From Haplodiscus bocki (taxonomy: Eukaryota), in contig OZ296649.1 in NCBI GenBank assembly GCA_965655095.1, positions 27,156,001 through 27,220,000 of the forward strand: DNA of 64,000 nt, in the 5' to 3' direction. The position numbers were made by a program, and so were the translations under genes. Within the stretch, counting starts at the first letter, position 1. The number at the start of each line of letters is the position of its first letter. Positions 11,371 through 25,202 of the stretch are shown here, in pieces. Under the pieces are notes generated by a model that was not told where the DNA came from, searched no databases, and was given only the letters and a program-made list of their open reading frames with translations.

Positions 11371-11699
11371 ATTTTATGGCCGGTAAATTTTGACCCAGGC
11401 AAGTTGAAAGTAATTCGAGAACACCAGAAGCAAATCTGCACTCTCCCCCACACAGTGTATGGAAGTTTGTGCAAAAAAATTACTAGATTCAGAGTGATTG
11501 TATATATTAAATCCAAAAATGAAGTGTATCTAGTCCAGCGTGCACGACGGGGAAGAAAGTGAATTGGAATGGCGGACTCCTCTGATTTGTATCGTCGAAA
11601 TTTATTCGGCTTAGTTACGCTGCGGAAAGTGCTACGTCAGCTTAATCTGATTATCGTTGTTGATCCAATTGATAGTCACTAAGGTATCGCCTCCAAGAA

Positions 11700-13300
11700 T
11701 TCGTGTCCCTGCCAGACATGTTTACCAATATGACCAAGTAGGATTATGACGCTGAAGCGGCTGATTTTGGAAGCTAAACAAATTGGAATGGTCAGAATGG
11801 AAAATTTTTTAAAAAGTTCCGACGTTGAAATTTCAACGACTTTTCGGAATAACCGGAAAGGTTTTTGAAATGGCTTCCAGTCATCGTTGCACGAATGTAG
11901 GCCGATCCCTTGTCACAGGCACATCCCTTACCATTGACCCATTTTAGTCAAGTAACCATAGGCGTCATGAAAGATTGCATTCATGCCGAAAATTTCGAAC
12001 GGCCTAAAGTTTAATGGAAGCGACTCTGACCCGCTCCAACTCTCCCTCCGGATGGTGCTTGGAATTTCACTTCGGGTGAACCAGTAGTTTCGTCTATACA
12101 GAAACAGACGGAGAGGAAGATGTTTTTTCTGTTGTATCATTCTTTGCTTACCAATAGGTAGTTTTTACAAAGTTTTCACAGTTATCCTTCGAAGAAATTA
12201 TTTGGAAGCTCAAAACTTAAATTTCTCCCGAGCAAGTAGCATCTGACCTCCAACGAAACTTTTGAAGAAATGAATTATCCACAAAAACTGTCTAAGAACG
12301 TTGTCTCTTCGTCGTAAGCAGCTTTGAAGTATAGAGGCTGTTCCCTTCAGATGTTGCCTCCCAATGTTGAAATGGCTGATTCATGCAGTCGGAACACCTG
12401 AATTGTGCTTCGCTCACAGTTAGATCGATATCCAACGTGCAACTGTGTTCTGACAGCAGGATTCGCGCAAATCTTTTCTGTAAAAAAACATGGTTTCGTT
12501 GGAAGACGCGTCTGATTTTTCCAGTTCCAAAAACCGCTGGGAGACGTACAATGCTTTGTCTTTGTCATTTCATGTTCCCAGTGATTTCTGCTTTTGGAAC
12601 TCCCAAATGGTAATGAATTGGCAACTGAAAGGGTCTGATCTTTTCTGACTTCTAAGAGATTGCATCTTTCCCTCAGCTTTCTTAAATTCTCTGGATATGA
12701 AGCTCTCAAAACTTTAACTTGACCATTCTTTATGTTTGACAAAAGCTGAGAGACTGTTTTCTTCAACAGACTTTCTGCTTGTTTGTTTTTAGGATGTAAA
12801 TCAGTACGTGATGATTCGATGGCAGTGTGTGACACGTGTTGCAAACTGCGGTGTTTTCTTTGCTTTCCCATTTTTGTCTGCTGATATACTGAGCTGAGTT
12901 TTTTCAAAAGACACCTGATTGTAAAAATCGGAAAGTGTCAGGCATGTCTTTGCACAGTCTGTGAAGAGGTTTTTTTCTCTTGTGTTGTGATTCAATCTGT
13001 GTTGATTAAATTCAGCCAATTAGCTATGCGGTGCTTTTTTTGAAGACAGTGGTTATTTGTGTTCGTCGTGGAAGAGTGACTATGGGATTTCGAACCTAAT
13101 TTTTCGGAAATTTTGACTCTGTTTCTAGGAGTTTAAATTTGTTGAATGTTTATCTTTGACTATATCGAAAGATAGAGTTTTCCAGGGTTTCGTCGGAATT
13201 TTCCTGCTTGACCGCCAAGTGTGCTGGGCATACAACATATATGCTGCCACGCGAATTGTAATAATCTTTGATAATGATATCATCAATTTTCACTATGAAG
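11700..13300 (-). mobile_element. Probable heavily decayed LINE (ORF1/endonuclease-like) remnant
   Basis: Long coding-like minus frames (12347-12907); YDEETTFLDSF..DNSFLQ resembles the AP-endonuclease segment after GDFN; no unambiguous catalytic motif. Confidence 0.25.
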
Positions 13301-13699
13301 TGTCATGTTGGATCCATACTTTGCAAGAATTCAGGTTTAATCAGTGAACCGATTAACCGGCTAAAAGTTATTTTGATTCAAAAAGTGGTCAAAACATTGA
13401 AAAGCATTTATTGTTTTGATCACTTGATAGACCTTTTTACATGAGATTCATTTCGGAGAACTATTTTTTTCCTTGGTTTTCCTTTTTTTTGATGAATTTT
13501 TTTTCATAGTTCGATCAGACTTTTCGACTTGTTTTTCTGCTGTCTGACTTGATTGTGTCAATCTAATTTCGATAACATAGTCTATCAGCTCTAGAACTCA
13601 TACAATAAGAGAGAACGAAGCCATCTGTAACATATGGAAAGTTCTTCCTTCTAACTATGATAATTATACTTATGTTCGTGGTTTTAGGGTACAAATTAG

Positions 13700-16400
13700 T
13701 TAGAGAGAGAGAGAGAAAGGCTTTAATTATTGTTGTTAGACATACAAAGATAGTAGAAGGTAGAAAAGAAATTAAAAGAAAAAATAGGGTTGAGGTTTTA
13801 AGAAGTTCTCGAACCTAATTTTGAACACTTTTGGTTCGGAAAAAAGTATTATGTCTGTATTTTTATGGAGTTTTTTGCAGCTACACAGGAGCAAATCAAG
13901 AAACACTCATTAGTTTTGGTTTTTAAAGTTCTGCGAACGTTAAAGAAAACATCGGTTGCACGACGCAGGCCTTCTCTTTTTTGTATTGACAGCCTAATGT
14001 CGTTTAAAATTGGGAAGTCACAGTTTCCTGCTAATATACTTTTCGGCAAGCAAAGATCTTTGTAGACGAACAGATTTTTCATGTGAAGCAGGTTGAAACG
14101 CTGAAGACCTTCATCGTAGGTTGGAGTTGAGCTGATCTATGTCAGAACACGTTTTTGAAATATCTCTAATTTGTTAACAGCATCTTTGCTGGTTGACCAC
14201 ACTTCAGAACCATATGTGAGTGAGGAGAGTATGTCTGTTTTATAGTCGCTTTTGTTGACGGGTTGAGTGACACAGGGAGACATCTCCGGAAGCTGATAAA
14301 TGTGGAGTAGGCGATTTTTAGTAAATTTTTGACAGGATGGTTTCATTTGAGATTATTGCTAATCGTTATTCCGAGATCTTTCACTTTGTCAACTGGGTTA
14401 ATGGACGATTTCATCAAACGGAGTGTGTTGGAGCACTTCTTGTTATGATCGATGACTATGACATGGGTTTTGTCAAGATTAAAAGGCATTTTGTTGTCTC
14501 TTTCCCATTCAAGGCATTTGTCTATTTGGATGGTCCATTTGGTTATTGCTTAGCTGCGCTCGCAACGTTTTAATTGACCGGGGGGTGAAATTTTCGGCAG
14601 CCGAAAGTTTTCCGCTGGCGGGTTTCGGACGAAAATTAATTGCAAACCCAGATTTTTTCAGAGGGCAGGTGTAATTTTTTCACAATTCTTTGACCAAATA
14701 TCCCATATATGGCATCCCAATACTGGTTAGGCGTTGGAATATGAAGCCTTAGTTGTATTCAGTCTTTAGCCGATAACTCTGATTTTTCAGTTTTTTTTGA
14801 CCGAAAAGGTTTGAAAAATAAATTGAATTGAACGAGAGTTTGAGCAGTGTGTTTAGCAATGAGTTTTAATGCAAATTTCGACTGTGAGTGATTTTTTTTT
14901 CATTTTATCCTTGCCGAAAATTGTGAAGAAATAGGTTTCCGTAACCTTTATCGACTCTTCCAAAAACTTTTTATCCGGTTGCACAAACCATAAAAGTGAT
15001 CTGGGCTTCTTGATGCTCACTGGATTGTCTGGAGAAGCAGTTGAGAGCATTTCAGTTTACGCTCGGTTTTAGATAGGTGGTTCAGCCAAGGTACTTTTAG
15101 CATGTGGATCAGTTTTTTCCAAGTTTTTGCCCTTTGCGATAATTTACTACGACTCCTATCACTTTGAAATTTGCCTCCAGCGGTGTCTATTATTTTTTTT
15201 CAGCCTCTCCTGAGTGCCCATGTGACTTCGAGGTTACGGCAAAATTCGTCTAGTTGAGAACATTTATTGAGAAAACACGGCTATTTGGGAAGATTTTTGT
15301 TTCCCCATTCGTTGTTCTTTAATTAACACCAAGTTGTCAACCTCGTTGCTTTTGTTCAAGTTTTGGAACCTCTTTGCTCTGAGACAAAATTTGTTTAACA
15401 GCAGCTGGCTTCCTTTTACGTTTGAGATGACAGTTTTTTTCTCAGCTAATTTTCGTTTGAATTTGGGATAGTTAACTTGCACCTCCGCTGTTATCTCATG
15501 CTTATTTTCTGCTTAATCTCCCCAGACTTCGCTACTTGATCTCTGGCAATGCATAGGCATCTGGTCAGAGTTGTAGTCAAGAGGTTGAGTACATTCGCGA
15601 GCCTTAGGCTAAGCACCTTATCGTGTACTTTTTAAGTTTGGCTTTTTCTATCTCCTGTTCTTCACGTGAAAGTGCTCTGACTATCAGTATTTGGTTGGTC
15701 TCGAATAGCTTGTTCTCTTTTGCCTTGCTTTGGCATAATATGGCATCCCAAACTGAGTTGAAAATAACAAGGATGGGTCGCTTTTAATATTCGGCAAACT
15801 TGCACCGTAGCATACAGTCGGATGATTAGGCAGTCTGTAATCCAATATCTGCAAGAATTTTATCAACTGCTTCTTTATCATTTAGTTTTTGGTTCAAATT
15901 ATACTTTTCCGAACTTTCAGCTGCGCCCATAAACTTCAATTGTGTTTTGTGTTTGTGGTCATCCGCGGGGTTCTTTGAGGTTGTTGATACAGTTTCTGGG
16001 CATTTTTTGGTGGACATTCTCCAGTTTCACGTTCATTTTTTCTTCAAAAGTCTTGATTGATTGCTTGATTTCGTTCAGCAGTTCATTTTTCAAGACATCA
16101 AAGGAATGAACATCTGTTTTTGTCTCCTAGATAAGTTGCACTAGTTGATCTTCTGCAGCTGTGACTACATTGTCTACATCTGTATCACACTTCCAAAAGA
16201 GACCTTTCATCTCACCTAAGGCAGCGGAAACATTTGTAGGTAGATTAGTACATTCTTGGTTTGACCATTTTCCGCAGTCAGAGCATTGTACACAGTTGCT
16301 TTTGCATTCGGCTTTGCAAGCCCCACAGTGAAACTTTGTCGGTTTTTTGCCCACGGGCATTGGGAGTGATCGTGTGTATATGATGAAACTATTGGGCTAA
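13700..16400 (-). mobile_element. Degenerate CR1/L2-type LINE with PHD-finger ORF1, internal deletions and an unrelated insert at about 14572-14830
   Basis: PHD-like ORF1 (16127-16360) plus coiled coil; RT tail LEWERDNKMPFNLDKT..VKDLGITISNNLK*; LTYGSEVWS..KLEIFQKRV; 3' end at an (AG)n tract 13702-13716. Confidence 0.65.
16127..16360 (-). pseudogene. PHD-finger N-terminus of LINE ORF1
   Basis: CGACKAECKSNCVQCSDCGKWSNQECT..FWKC: C4(H)C3 spacing with His degenerate. Confidence 0.65.
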
Positions 16401-17269
16401 GCTGTTCTTCGAGGGCTCCTGCGAGTGAGCTGGCACCGATAACTCGGGGGATAGGTGGCGGTTGGGCTCACATTCAATGAATCAACGAGTGCACAAGTTT
16501 CCTAAAAGCCGGTGTATCTACTTTAAAGGTCTGGTTTCTTCCTTACTTTACTTGAATATTCTTCTGGTCGTCCACTTTCTGTCTCTAAGATCCCCGATGG
16601 GCTATCCAACAGAATCTGTGATAAGAGGCACAAACATTCATAGCAAAATGTATTTAAGTTCATCACGACAATCAGGCTTGAAACAAAAACAATTGGAACA
16701 CTTGAAAAAGAAATCATTTTTTTCGTCTTCGTCCATTTTGGCTCAATTTAGCGGCAATTTCGGAATTTCGGCAAATCACCATGGCTTGACGAGAAACTTT
16801 CTCATACATTTTTGTAGCTTTGAATCTCAGAAATCTTTGACTCTTACAAATTTTCTGTTAAATCAAATTCGGAAAAGTTTACACTACTTAGCTGAAGTGA
16901 GTTCTCTATACTTCCAGTTTTGAAAAAAAAACTCGGTTTTTGTTTTTGACGATTTTTCGTACGCAATTTTGCCACCTCGTCCGAAATAAGGAAGTCCGTG
17001 CTAGATGTGATATTGTTTTGAATTTGTTTTCAAAACAAAGCAAAACTGCGGGGGAGTACCGAGTACATGGGGGAACGATATGGACCATCATAGTAGCTGT
17101 AAGAACGCGAATTTTTTTAAAAAAGACCAACATTCTTGTTGGTTTTCAGTCAAAATACTCATTCAGTCAAGCCCCTGGACATCTTGAATTCATTTAAACA
17201 CAGTTCACGGGAAAACGGGTTAAGGGGACCCTATGGTTTCCGAATTCCGATCCGCTTTATGTGGCTGTT

Positions 17270-17770
17270 TTTTTTTTGGAGTTTAGATTTCACAAAATTG
17301 TCGCAGCCAAAAAATTTAGGAGAGATTCGCCTCACGGCTGTAAAACGGTGCGTACTGAATCTTTCCACTTTTTTTCGAGGGTTGATATTTCGAGGTTATA
17401 AACCGGGGATAACAAAACATCATACCATTGGAAGAACGAGTTTTTCCAAGGGACTCAAATTTGGGTCGAATTTCTTCATTATGGATTGGGGGTAAGGTTC
17501 TGAAGGTTCATTTGGGTGGATTAGGCTGAAAATATTTGTTTCTTTTGCTCCTCAGTTTCAAAAAACTGCAAAAATGAAAAAAATGCCGAAATTTGGGGGT
17601 CTCAAAGTAATTTAGTTCTTGTCGGATTTCGATGAAATAAAACCTTTGTAATCTTTTTGAATTTCTAAGAAATCTTTGTCTTTGTCTGTACTACTTTTCT
17701 CTAAATCTTATCGTTTCTGAGATTTCAAGCTTCAAAATGCTGATTTTTACTTAGAAGTTCACTCAATTAA
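17270..17770 (+). repeat. Dispersed non-coding repeat; inverted homologue at about 60255-60660
   Basis: Collinear shared words on opposite strands: ggagtttagat, tgtaaaacggtgc, ggaagaacgag, gcttcaaaa(a)tgctgatttttac. Confidence 0.7.
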
Positions 17771-20700
17771 AATCACTACTGTAGACTTGGACTAATATTT
17801 GTTTGAGTACCAGTTGTACTGTATTTTACATATTAATAGTTCAGAATTAAGATTTTTGTTTGTGTAATGAAGCTGAATATTATTAAATTTAGAAGATTAT
17901 TTTTTATGCGTAGTCCTCGTTTTTGGGACAACGCCATTTCGCGATGGAAAATACTTCGTTTTGATCGGCTGCAGGAATTGAGTTCACTTTGTAGTTGTTT
18001 GTGTGGCTGGTGGTTCCGCATTACAATCTTGTGAAATCAATAACAAAGTAATAAATTTTAATTATCCAAAGCAATTACTCTTCACGTCAATTCAACTTAA
18101 CCAACCCAAACTCAGCCAAATTGTTACCAAAAGCAGAAGCTGCACGAAGACGAAGAAGCTGCATACACTACAACTTTATCTGCAACTGCTGCTTTTGTGT
18201 AAAAAAAATGAAAATCAAACACGCAATTATGTGCTGTACTTCTTACGGCTCTGCCAAACTGTGCTGCAAATTTTTAGACTAGTAACTTCAAAACGAATCT
18301 TGGAGATAGATTTCATACTACTTATCCTCGGTGGACGGAGAATTGGACTAGTCAGATACAGCTGACTCGTGCCAAATGGTTTGAAGATGCCAATTTACAA
18401 CAAAAACTTTGACAATAAGAACGAATGTTTGCAGTGCAAAAAGCCGTTCAAATCCAAGTTATGCTCTGAGAAAGTTCCTGGATGGTCTTACCATTACAAA
18501 TGCTTCACCTGTTGTAAGTCAAATTCTGTGTACTAACATCATTCAACCCAACCAAATTGTCTTTGATGTTACCGCCAATTGTTTTGCTCTTGCTGTTTCA
18601 GCTGTTTGTACCAAGCTAATTGAAGAAGAGTACTTCGCGGATCCTCTCTCCTCGCAGAATGCAATATATTGCGCATTATGTGCCCAGAGTGAATTTGGGG
18701 AGGCTCTGCTTAACTATCCAAACGACTTTTTCCACAAGGATAAAGTTCGCAAAATCAGACATGGAAAGTTATTGCCACTAGTGGGAATTAAACGCAAACT
18801 CAAATCAACTGCCTCGGTGCTCGGAATTCCGCAGTAGTTTAACTTGGCTAAAAAAACAATTACTTTGTAAAAGATATTTTTGTAAAAGTGTTATTTATTA
18901 ATGATTAAGTATTTTGTGAGATTTTGTCGGGCCAACAATTTTTATTTTGCCATAAATTACTGACAGATGAAGAATTAGAATTAGCGAAGCTGAAGACCGA
19001 AAATTTCAACGTTGCAATGCTAATTTGTGCTCTGTTGCCAAAGTTCTGGCACAAAATTTCGCTCAGAACATCATGTTCTTTTGTATGCGTCATTTTTGTT
19101 AAAAGCAATAAACATTGGGGAAGTGTTGCTGAATTTAATAGAAGGTGTAAGAAGTAATTGCTAGATATTTTTTCATATTGGCGTCGAGACCGTTGTTTAG
19201 CATCATCTGACCTGATCCTCGGCTCGTCCATTCTTGGCATTCATGCTCTACATATAAGAACACTCAGTACAGTGACGGTAAAATATTGGAGAAAGGCAAA
19301 TTGGTTTCAGCAGTGAAAATTGCTCTCATAAAGTGTGAGGCACTAAAATGCTGCAATATGACCACGCCCTTTATGTGTGTGCGTTTTTATATATTTGAAG
19401 GCCTTTTTTGATTTGATGGAAATCGCAAAATTTAAAGGAATCGTTTGAGTCATTATTTTTTCCAGAAGCATAAATTCGGAGAATATGCAAATTTGACCTG
19501 ATCAGATACCCATCATATAATGAACTTTAATCAGAAATTTCTAGTGAAAGTTTTTGAGTGGCGCTGTTAACTCTTTTTTAGATGGGAAAGTTAGAAATAA
19601 AACAGAATAAACTTTGACATTTTATGATTTCGTTGTCTAAATAGAACCATTTAAATGAGATTAGTTTATAATTTTCTCCCAAAAACTAATAAAGGATCAT
19701 ATCAACTATCCTTTGATGTACATCACCGGTTTCGAAATGAAGCGTCAAATGTTTCATTTCAAGGCCACAAAACGTTCATTAGTTTTACCTATTCCACCAC
19801 CAGCTTAGTTTTTTGTCGCCTATAATGATGCACAATTTGCCAACACATTGTGACTGAAATGAAAAATGTGTATTGTAACTCGCTTTTGTCCAATTTTTCC
19901 CCTGTTCAAAAGTTAAATTTTGACGCCGTGTGAAAGTCCGCCGGTCTCGAGTAAACAGTCGAATAAAATTTTTGATACATTTGACAGCTACTTGTTCGTT
20001 TCCGTGTTATATGATGTGCTGGAATTCCTAAACATTGTTCTTTAAAATAACAGATAGAGCTATGGAACCCTTATTAACATATCAACGAAATGATTGACCG
20101 TTGTTTTCAAGTTAGAGGCTGTAAACTTATGAATTTATTGCTATAAAATGACACATCTTGAGTTTAAATTACAATCAATTGTCAGAAAATGCGGTTGCAG
20201 TTTTCATTCAAAAGTCTCGCGAAACAATTATTCGTCAAAATGAAGACCCAATCAACAGAATATTTTAATTTTCTTATGAAGTGCCTAAAATTTTTCTTCT
20301 TTAGTAGAAAGCACAAGTATCCCTAACACATTTAACTGTTCTTGAAACTCTGCCGATCATTAAACAAATGTTGCATCTTCTCTTCTCCGACATTATTTTG
20401 TTTGCAATTTTTTGGTTTGGCGTACTTGTGAATTGGGAGGTAAGTTTTCCCTTTTTTGTGTAAAAGTTTGAATGGCCTCCCCTGCTTCTTAATTTGATTT
20501 TTCACACAAAACACAAAGTATAAGTCTCGAAATCCAGTTCGTTGACGAAATGTCCACTTTTTCTCGACCTACTGATTTCACGTTTTTTGAAGAGAAAGTT
20601 TCGTGTAAATAGGGCTGTTGGATTTGAATTTTTTTGTTTGTTATCGTCTTTCCCATCCTTCATTTTCTAGATTATTAGACTCAATGGCAAATAACTGTGA

Positions 20701-22476
20701 GAAGACAGTTGGAATTGAGTTCTTTCAATATTTGCTATAGCAAAGTTTTTGAACGTTGGGTTGTTTTTTCTCTTCTAAACTATCATGATTAGTTCGAAAT
20801 CATGTACCAGCAGGCTCAATAAAGGAACTGCAGCCCTTTTCGCTGTCCCCTCCAAACCGTACATTTTTGGCTGCAATGGAATGAAATTTTTTTTTATTCG
20901 TTGGTCAGACGTGCAATGTTTTTCTTGTTCTCTTTGCAATCATCATGCCAAAGCGAGAAATATCCCAATCGCTTAATTCAAAACCACGCTGCTTTTTTGG
21001 CATTGGGCCTAAACGCTGGGGCAAAGCATCAAACACTTTTTAAGTGACATGCAGAGTTGTACGCCAAAAAATAGTCAATGGCATTCGATTATTACTTTGA
21101 CGTTGTAGTCACGTGCTGTCTTTTGGGCAACAAGAATCAGCAGTTTTCGGAAATTATTCGTTTTTTTCATCACTATTTCAATTGGCAGCTTAAACATTTA
21201 AACAATCATTGGGTGAATGATTCGATATATGACATATGATCGAAAAATAACTATAAATTTTCAGTTACCTAATTTTTTAGCACGAGACAATGAATGGATA
21301 TTATAATATCAGATTGATTTTGTTGCGGTAGAATTTCATACAATGCAGTAAACTTTTATAACTTACGCTTGATTAAACAGGAAAAAATTCGGACACTCCG
21401 CAAAACTTCAAAGACTCGCTCATGAATCCAAACAACTATCAATCATAGTGAGCTCTTGCACCTGGTTTGTTCTGAGATCAGTGGTTAATGGTATCTTCTG
21501 AAGTCACTTGCCAGCATCACAACCTCAATTTTGTAAGGTCTTCTATCGCTAAAACTGATCATCATCTTGTATCGGGGACGATCCAAAACATACCCGGAGA
21601 AGTGTTTTATATGAAAATTCTGGGAGTAAAAGTTGTATTTCAGCGAGGTCTTAAAAGTGCGAAGACGACTTTTTCTCAGAATTACTGTTACGTACCAATT
21701 CCACCTTTCAACGTTCAACACGTGGCAGATAGAGACGAAGAGAGAGAATGGAGAAGAGCATATTGTAACAAAACCGTATTGGCGCGCGCCATACGGCTCG
21801 AAACCGAGCGTGAAGAGCTAGGCGAGTCCCGTATTATCGCATTTCCTTCTTTCTCAGGCTGAAAACTTGAATAATCATTACGGCTTGAAGTCTGGGTACT
21901 TCTGGAGCTAGAGTTGGACAACAAAATTCAAACTTTGCTATTTTGTGACCTTGATTTCGTGTATTTGAGCGATGTCTGGAGGAAAATTTAACATGTCAAT
22001 GTGCTTCTTTTTCGTTTCAGGCATCCACCAACTGTAACCTAATATATCCATCAGGGTCAACCAGTCCCAGGTTTTTATGAGAAGGCGTGAGTTTGTAGGC
22101 TTAGCCTAAGCGATAGATCATGGAAGTCCACAGTGTTACCTTCCCTCTCCTCCCAAAATACAACACGGAAGTCGTGACACCAAAATTAAGGGTCATCGAG
22201 CGTAGGGAATTTTCCGTTGTCCCGCATTTTGTCTCCTGTTTCTCCACGTTAACTTTGGAATCGGAGCATGTCAAAATTTTAAATTATAGAAAATAATGCA
22301 ATGTGGCACTCCTGATCAACAGTTTGCAATAAGATATATTTTTTAACATAACAGAGGAAATGGCACTGAACACGTTCTTGAATTCTGAATCTGAATTGAG
22401 ATTAGTTCCATGGATTCAGTGTTAACTCCCCTCCATGCAATTGAACTATCAAAAATGGCATCTAGTATGCTTTCAG

Positions 22477-22595
22477 GGTCCCCGAGGCTGGCCAAGAATT
22501 CTCTGTCTCATGAAGTTGCTGCTCAGAATGAAATTGCGGCTGTTGAAAACAGGGCAGAAACTAAGTTCTCAGATTCAGAAATTTCAAATGAAACT
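22477..22595 (+). CDS. Candidate upstream stalk exon of the kinesin-2 gene
   Basis: tgctttcag acceptor, GTAAGT donor, open frame (SPRLAKNSLSHEVAAQNEIAAVENRAETKFSDSEISNET) ending in phase 0, compatible with exon 25203; no homology support. Confidence 0.35.
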
Positions 22596-23985
22596 GTAAG
22601 TGTCAATACTCAACAACCTTTTTATCTCAAATGTATCAATTTAGTTTCTATCGTGGCGAAACTTTTTTTGGTTAACAATTATATTGACTTTCATTAATCC
22701 TGTCATTTGAGAAATGCTCGTCAATTATGTACAAATGTATCCCTTCATTTGCTTTATTTTCACAGCCTGTTTGTATTTTTGGGATCTACATATACTTTCA
22801 AACAGTTTGACATTGTGATATGCTGTAGCTTTGAGTTTCACGTGAGTTCGAGTTTTTTTGAAATGGAGTTTCCTATCAGAAGTCAGAAGTTGGAAGATAA
22901 TTTTGAGCATTGAAAATTTCAAGTTATTTATCAAGTCAGAAATTGCTAGGCCGGGTGCCTTACTAACCACAGTGGAGTCAAAAAGCTGTCTTTGCGTGAC
23001 CTTGAATACCCAGCAGCTATTTCCCGGAGCTGTTTCGTTAAAACCGTTATTATGAGTCCTTTGAAAAATGTCTGCGTCAGAAATTTCAAACTTTACGTAA
23101 GTTACAACTTTTTTTGTTAGAACTGAGTAAATACTGTGTAGTGATAAAATTCAATAATGCGACAAAGCAATTTCAACAAAACTGGCAAAATTTTAAGTAC
23201 AGTAGTGTGAGAAAGTGGAAGAAGCTTTTTTAATTATTGGAACGATTTCTGTACTTGCGTAATACTGTAAAACAAGTGAAAATCACAAGTTATGGTCGAA
23301 AGTTTGAGAATTTTATGTAGTTTGCAATAGTGTTTGTTTGAACCTTCCAGGGTTAATGTTACAGTAGTTTTTGGAATTTTTGTATGCACGGATATTAGGA
23401 TACGAATTTCGTTTTGCATCCACAACTTTCGATGTTTCAAGTGCCTTCTACTCCATTTTCGTTTAGATGCCACTCGTCTACTGATTACACTCACAAGTGG
23501 TTACACTTCAAAAGAGCATGGACATTTTTTGAGAAATAATACCATTTTCGTTGTTATTACGTTGTAAAGCTGGTCCTTTCTTGTGTATAACGTGTGATTT
23601 TCAGTTGTTTTTGAGTATTACGCAAGTATATGTACCGTTCCATCCATTAAAATCGAATTAAGGTTCCCTTCTTTTCTCATACTACTGTAGAGTAGAAAAT
23701 AATAAGATTTCAGAGTAAGCAAATGTACTGCGAGAAAGCTCATTAAAGAGTCTATCAGATGCTTTTTTTTATTTGCACAAAGAAGAACTTCTAACATGTA
23801 TAAAATTGAGTCCAAAAATTGAGCAAATAAACTATGCAAGCTTTGGGTATTTCAACTACTTTTTGCAGTTTTCGAAAGGAAGCTTGGCAATGACGCAAGA
23901 AAATAAACAAATGAGACGGTTTTGTTAGTTTGTGGCCAAGACTTTCCATTTTACGACTCAAAAAAGAGTTATGAATTGAAAATGG

Positions 23986-23990
<5 letters not shown>

Positions 23991-24037
<47 letters not shown>

Positions 24038-24066
24038 AGAGGAGAGGAGAGGAGAGGAGAGGAGAG
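23991..24066 (+). repeat. Compound microsatellite (AG)n + (GGAGA)n
   Basis: Seen directly. Confidence 0.98.
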
Positions 24067-24084
24067 AATTAATTTCCCCGAGTA

Positions 24085-24464
24085 CACTCATTATCTTTCA
24101 TAAGAACATGAGGGTCTGAAATTTTTTTTGATTAAGAACACCTAAGAACAATTTAGGCTCAAAATTCAAAAAGTGTTATCAGACAAAATATAATTCTGGA
24201 TCTCCTATTCTAATTTCTAATTAAATACAGCTTTTGTTTATCCGAGGAAATTAGCAGCGGCACAATTTTTTTTGTCGAAATAAATGAAGCAGCCGCTGAG
24301 CTGCACTAACTAATAGCTGCAGTAGATTTCAGTATTTTCACAGGCTGACCAATAATTACGTCATACATTTACACTAAGAACAATTTAGACTCACTTCGTT
24401 GTTTTCGTTAAGGACAAATGATGTTCGATTCCAATAGGTGTGTTCTTCTAAAGGATAATGAGTG
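24085..24464. mobile_element. MITE, Tc1/mariner-type (TA target site)
   Basis: TA-CACTCATTATCTTTCATAAGAACA ... TGTTCTTCTAAAGGATAATGAGTG-TA; 24-bp TIR with 3 mismatches; internal direct repeat ctaagaacaatttag. Confidence 0.75.
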
Positions 24465-25202
24465 TATTATGTTTTGAAATTTTAAATACAATTCACAACA
24501 AACTTATCAAGAATTAGAAGTGTTTCTGGAGTTCTCATTTATTCTTCTCTCAGGACAGCGAACGTATCCATCAGAATCACAAAATACTGCCCCTTACAGC
24601 ATGCTGAAAATTTGAATCAAACCTGTATGGGAAAAAATAGAATCTGGATGAAAAAGGAGAGGGTGAGAAATTATGGAAAAATTTCAAATTTTATTGACGA
24701 AATGAAAAAGAATTCGGCAATTCTGAAAATTACCGAAAAATGATTGACTTTCGAACAGTTTTCGGAACATTTTCCGCCGACGAATAATATTAGCTGCCGT
24801 GGAAAAATCATGGTCATCTATTGTAAAATGTTGTGAATTTGTCAAAAAGCCCGCAAGTTGACAAAAACGCATGTTTTAAGTTTTGGCTCTACTCATCAGA
24901 TAAATTTTTGAACAAACAGCATTGTATTCCGAAAAAATTTTTTTGCAGTTTTTGTCTGAGATGTTTGTTTGCGGAGCTATTCGTGCTGATAGTCGATGTA
25001 TTAATAATATCTAGTCGCATTACTTGAAATGAAGACAGTTGCCGACATTTGGCGAGATTATTGAGAACAGAAGAGAATAATACAGTTCAGAAGTTTCAGC
25101 AGTAGGATGCTTGTAAACTTTGTGCTTCAAGAAATGAGACACCAGACTTTTTATAGGGTTACTTTGCATACTTTAGTTAATTGTTGTTTTGTCATCTTTC
25201 AG

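Noticed and set aside
16380-16480. HDV-like ribozyme at the LINE 5' end
   Set aside because: GC-rich and suitably placed, but I could not build the nested double pseudoknot by eye
18967-19010. DEELELAKLKTE as a kinesin coiled-coil exon
   Set aside because: Weak acceptor, no convincing donor, and it lies within an apparent TE relic
23791-24119. ORFs with SLSLSL/REREREGG runs
   Set aside because: Translation artefacts of the (AG)n/(GGAGA)n microsatellite
24553-24663. Possible extra kinesin exon (ctcag...gtgaga)
   Set aside because: Two of three frames are closed and the open one has no kinesin-like character
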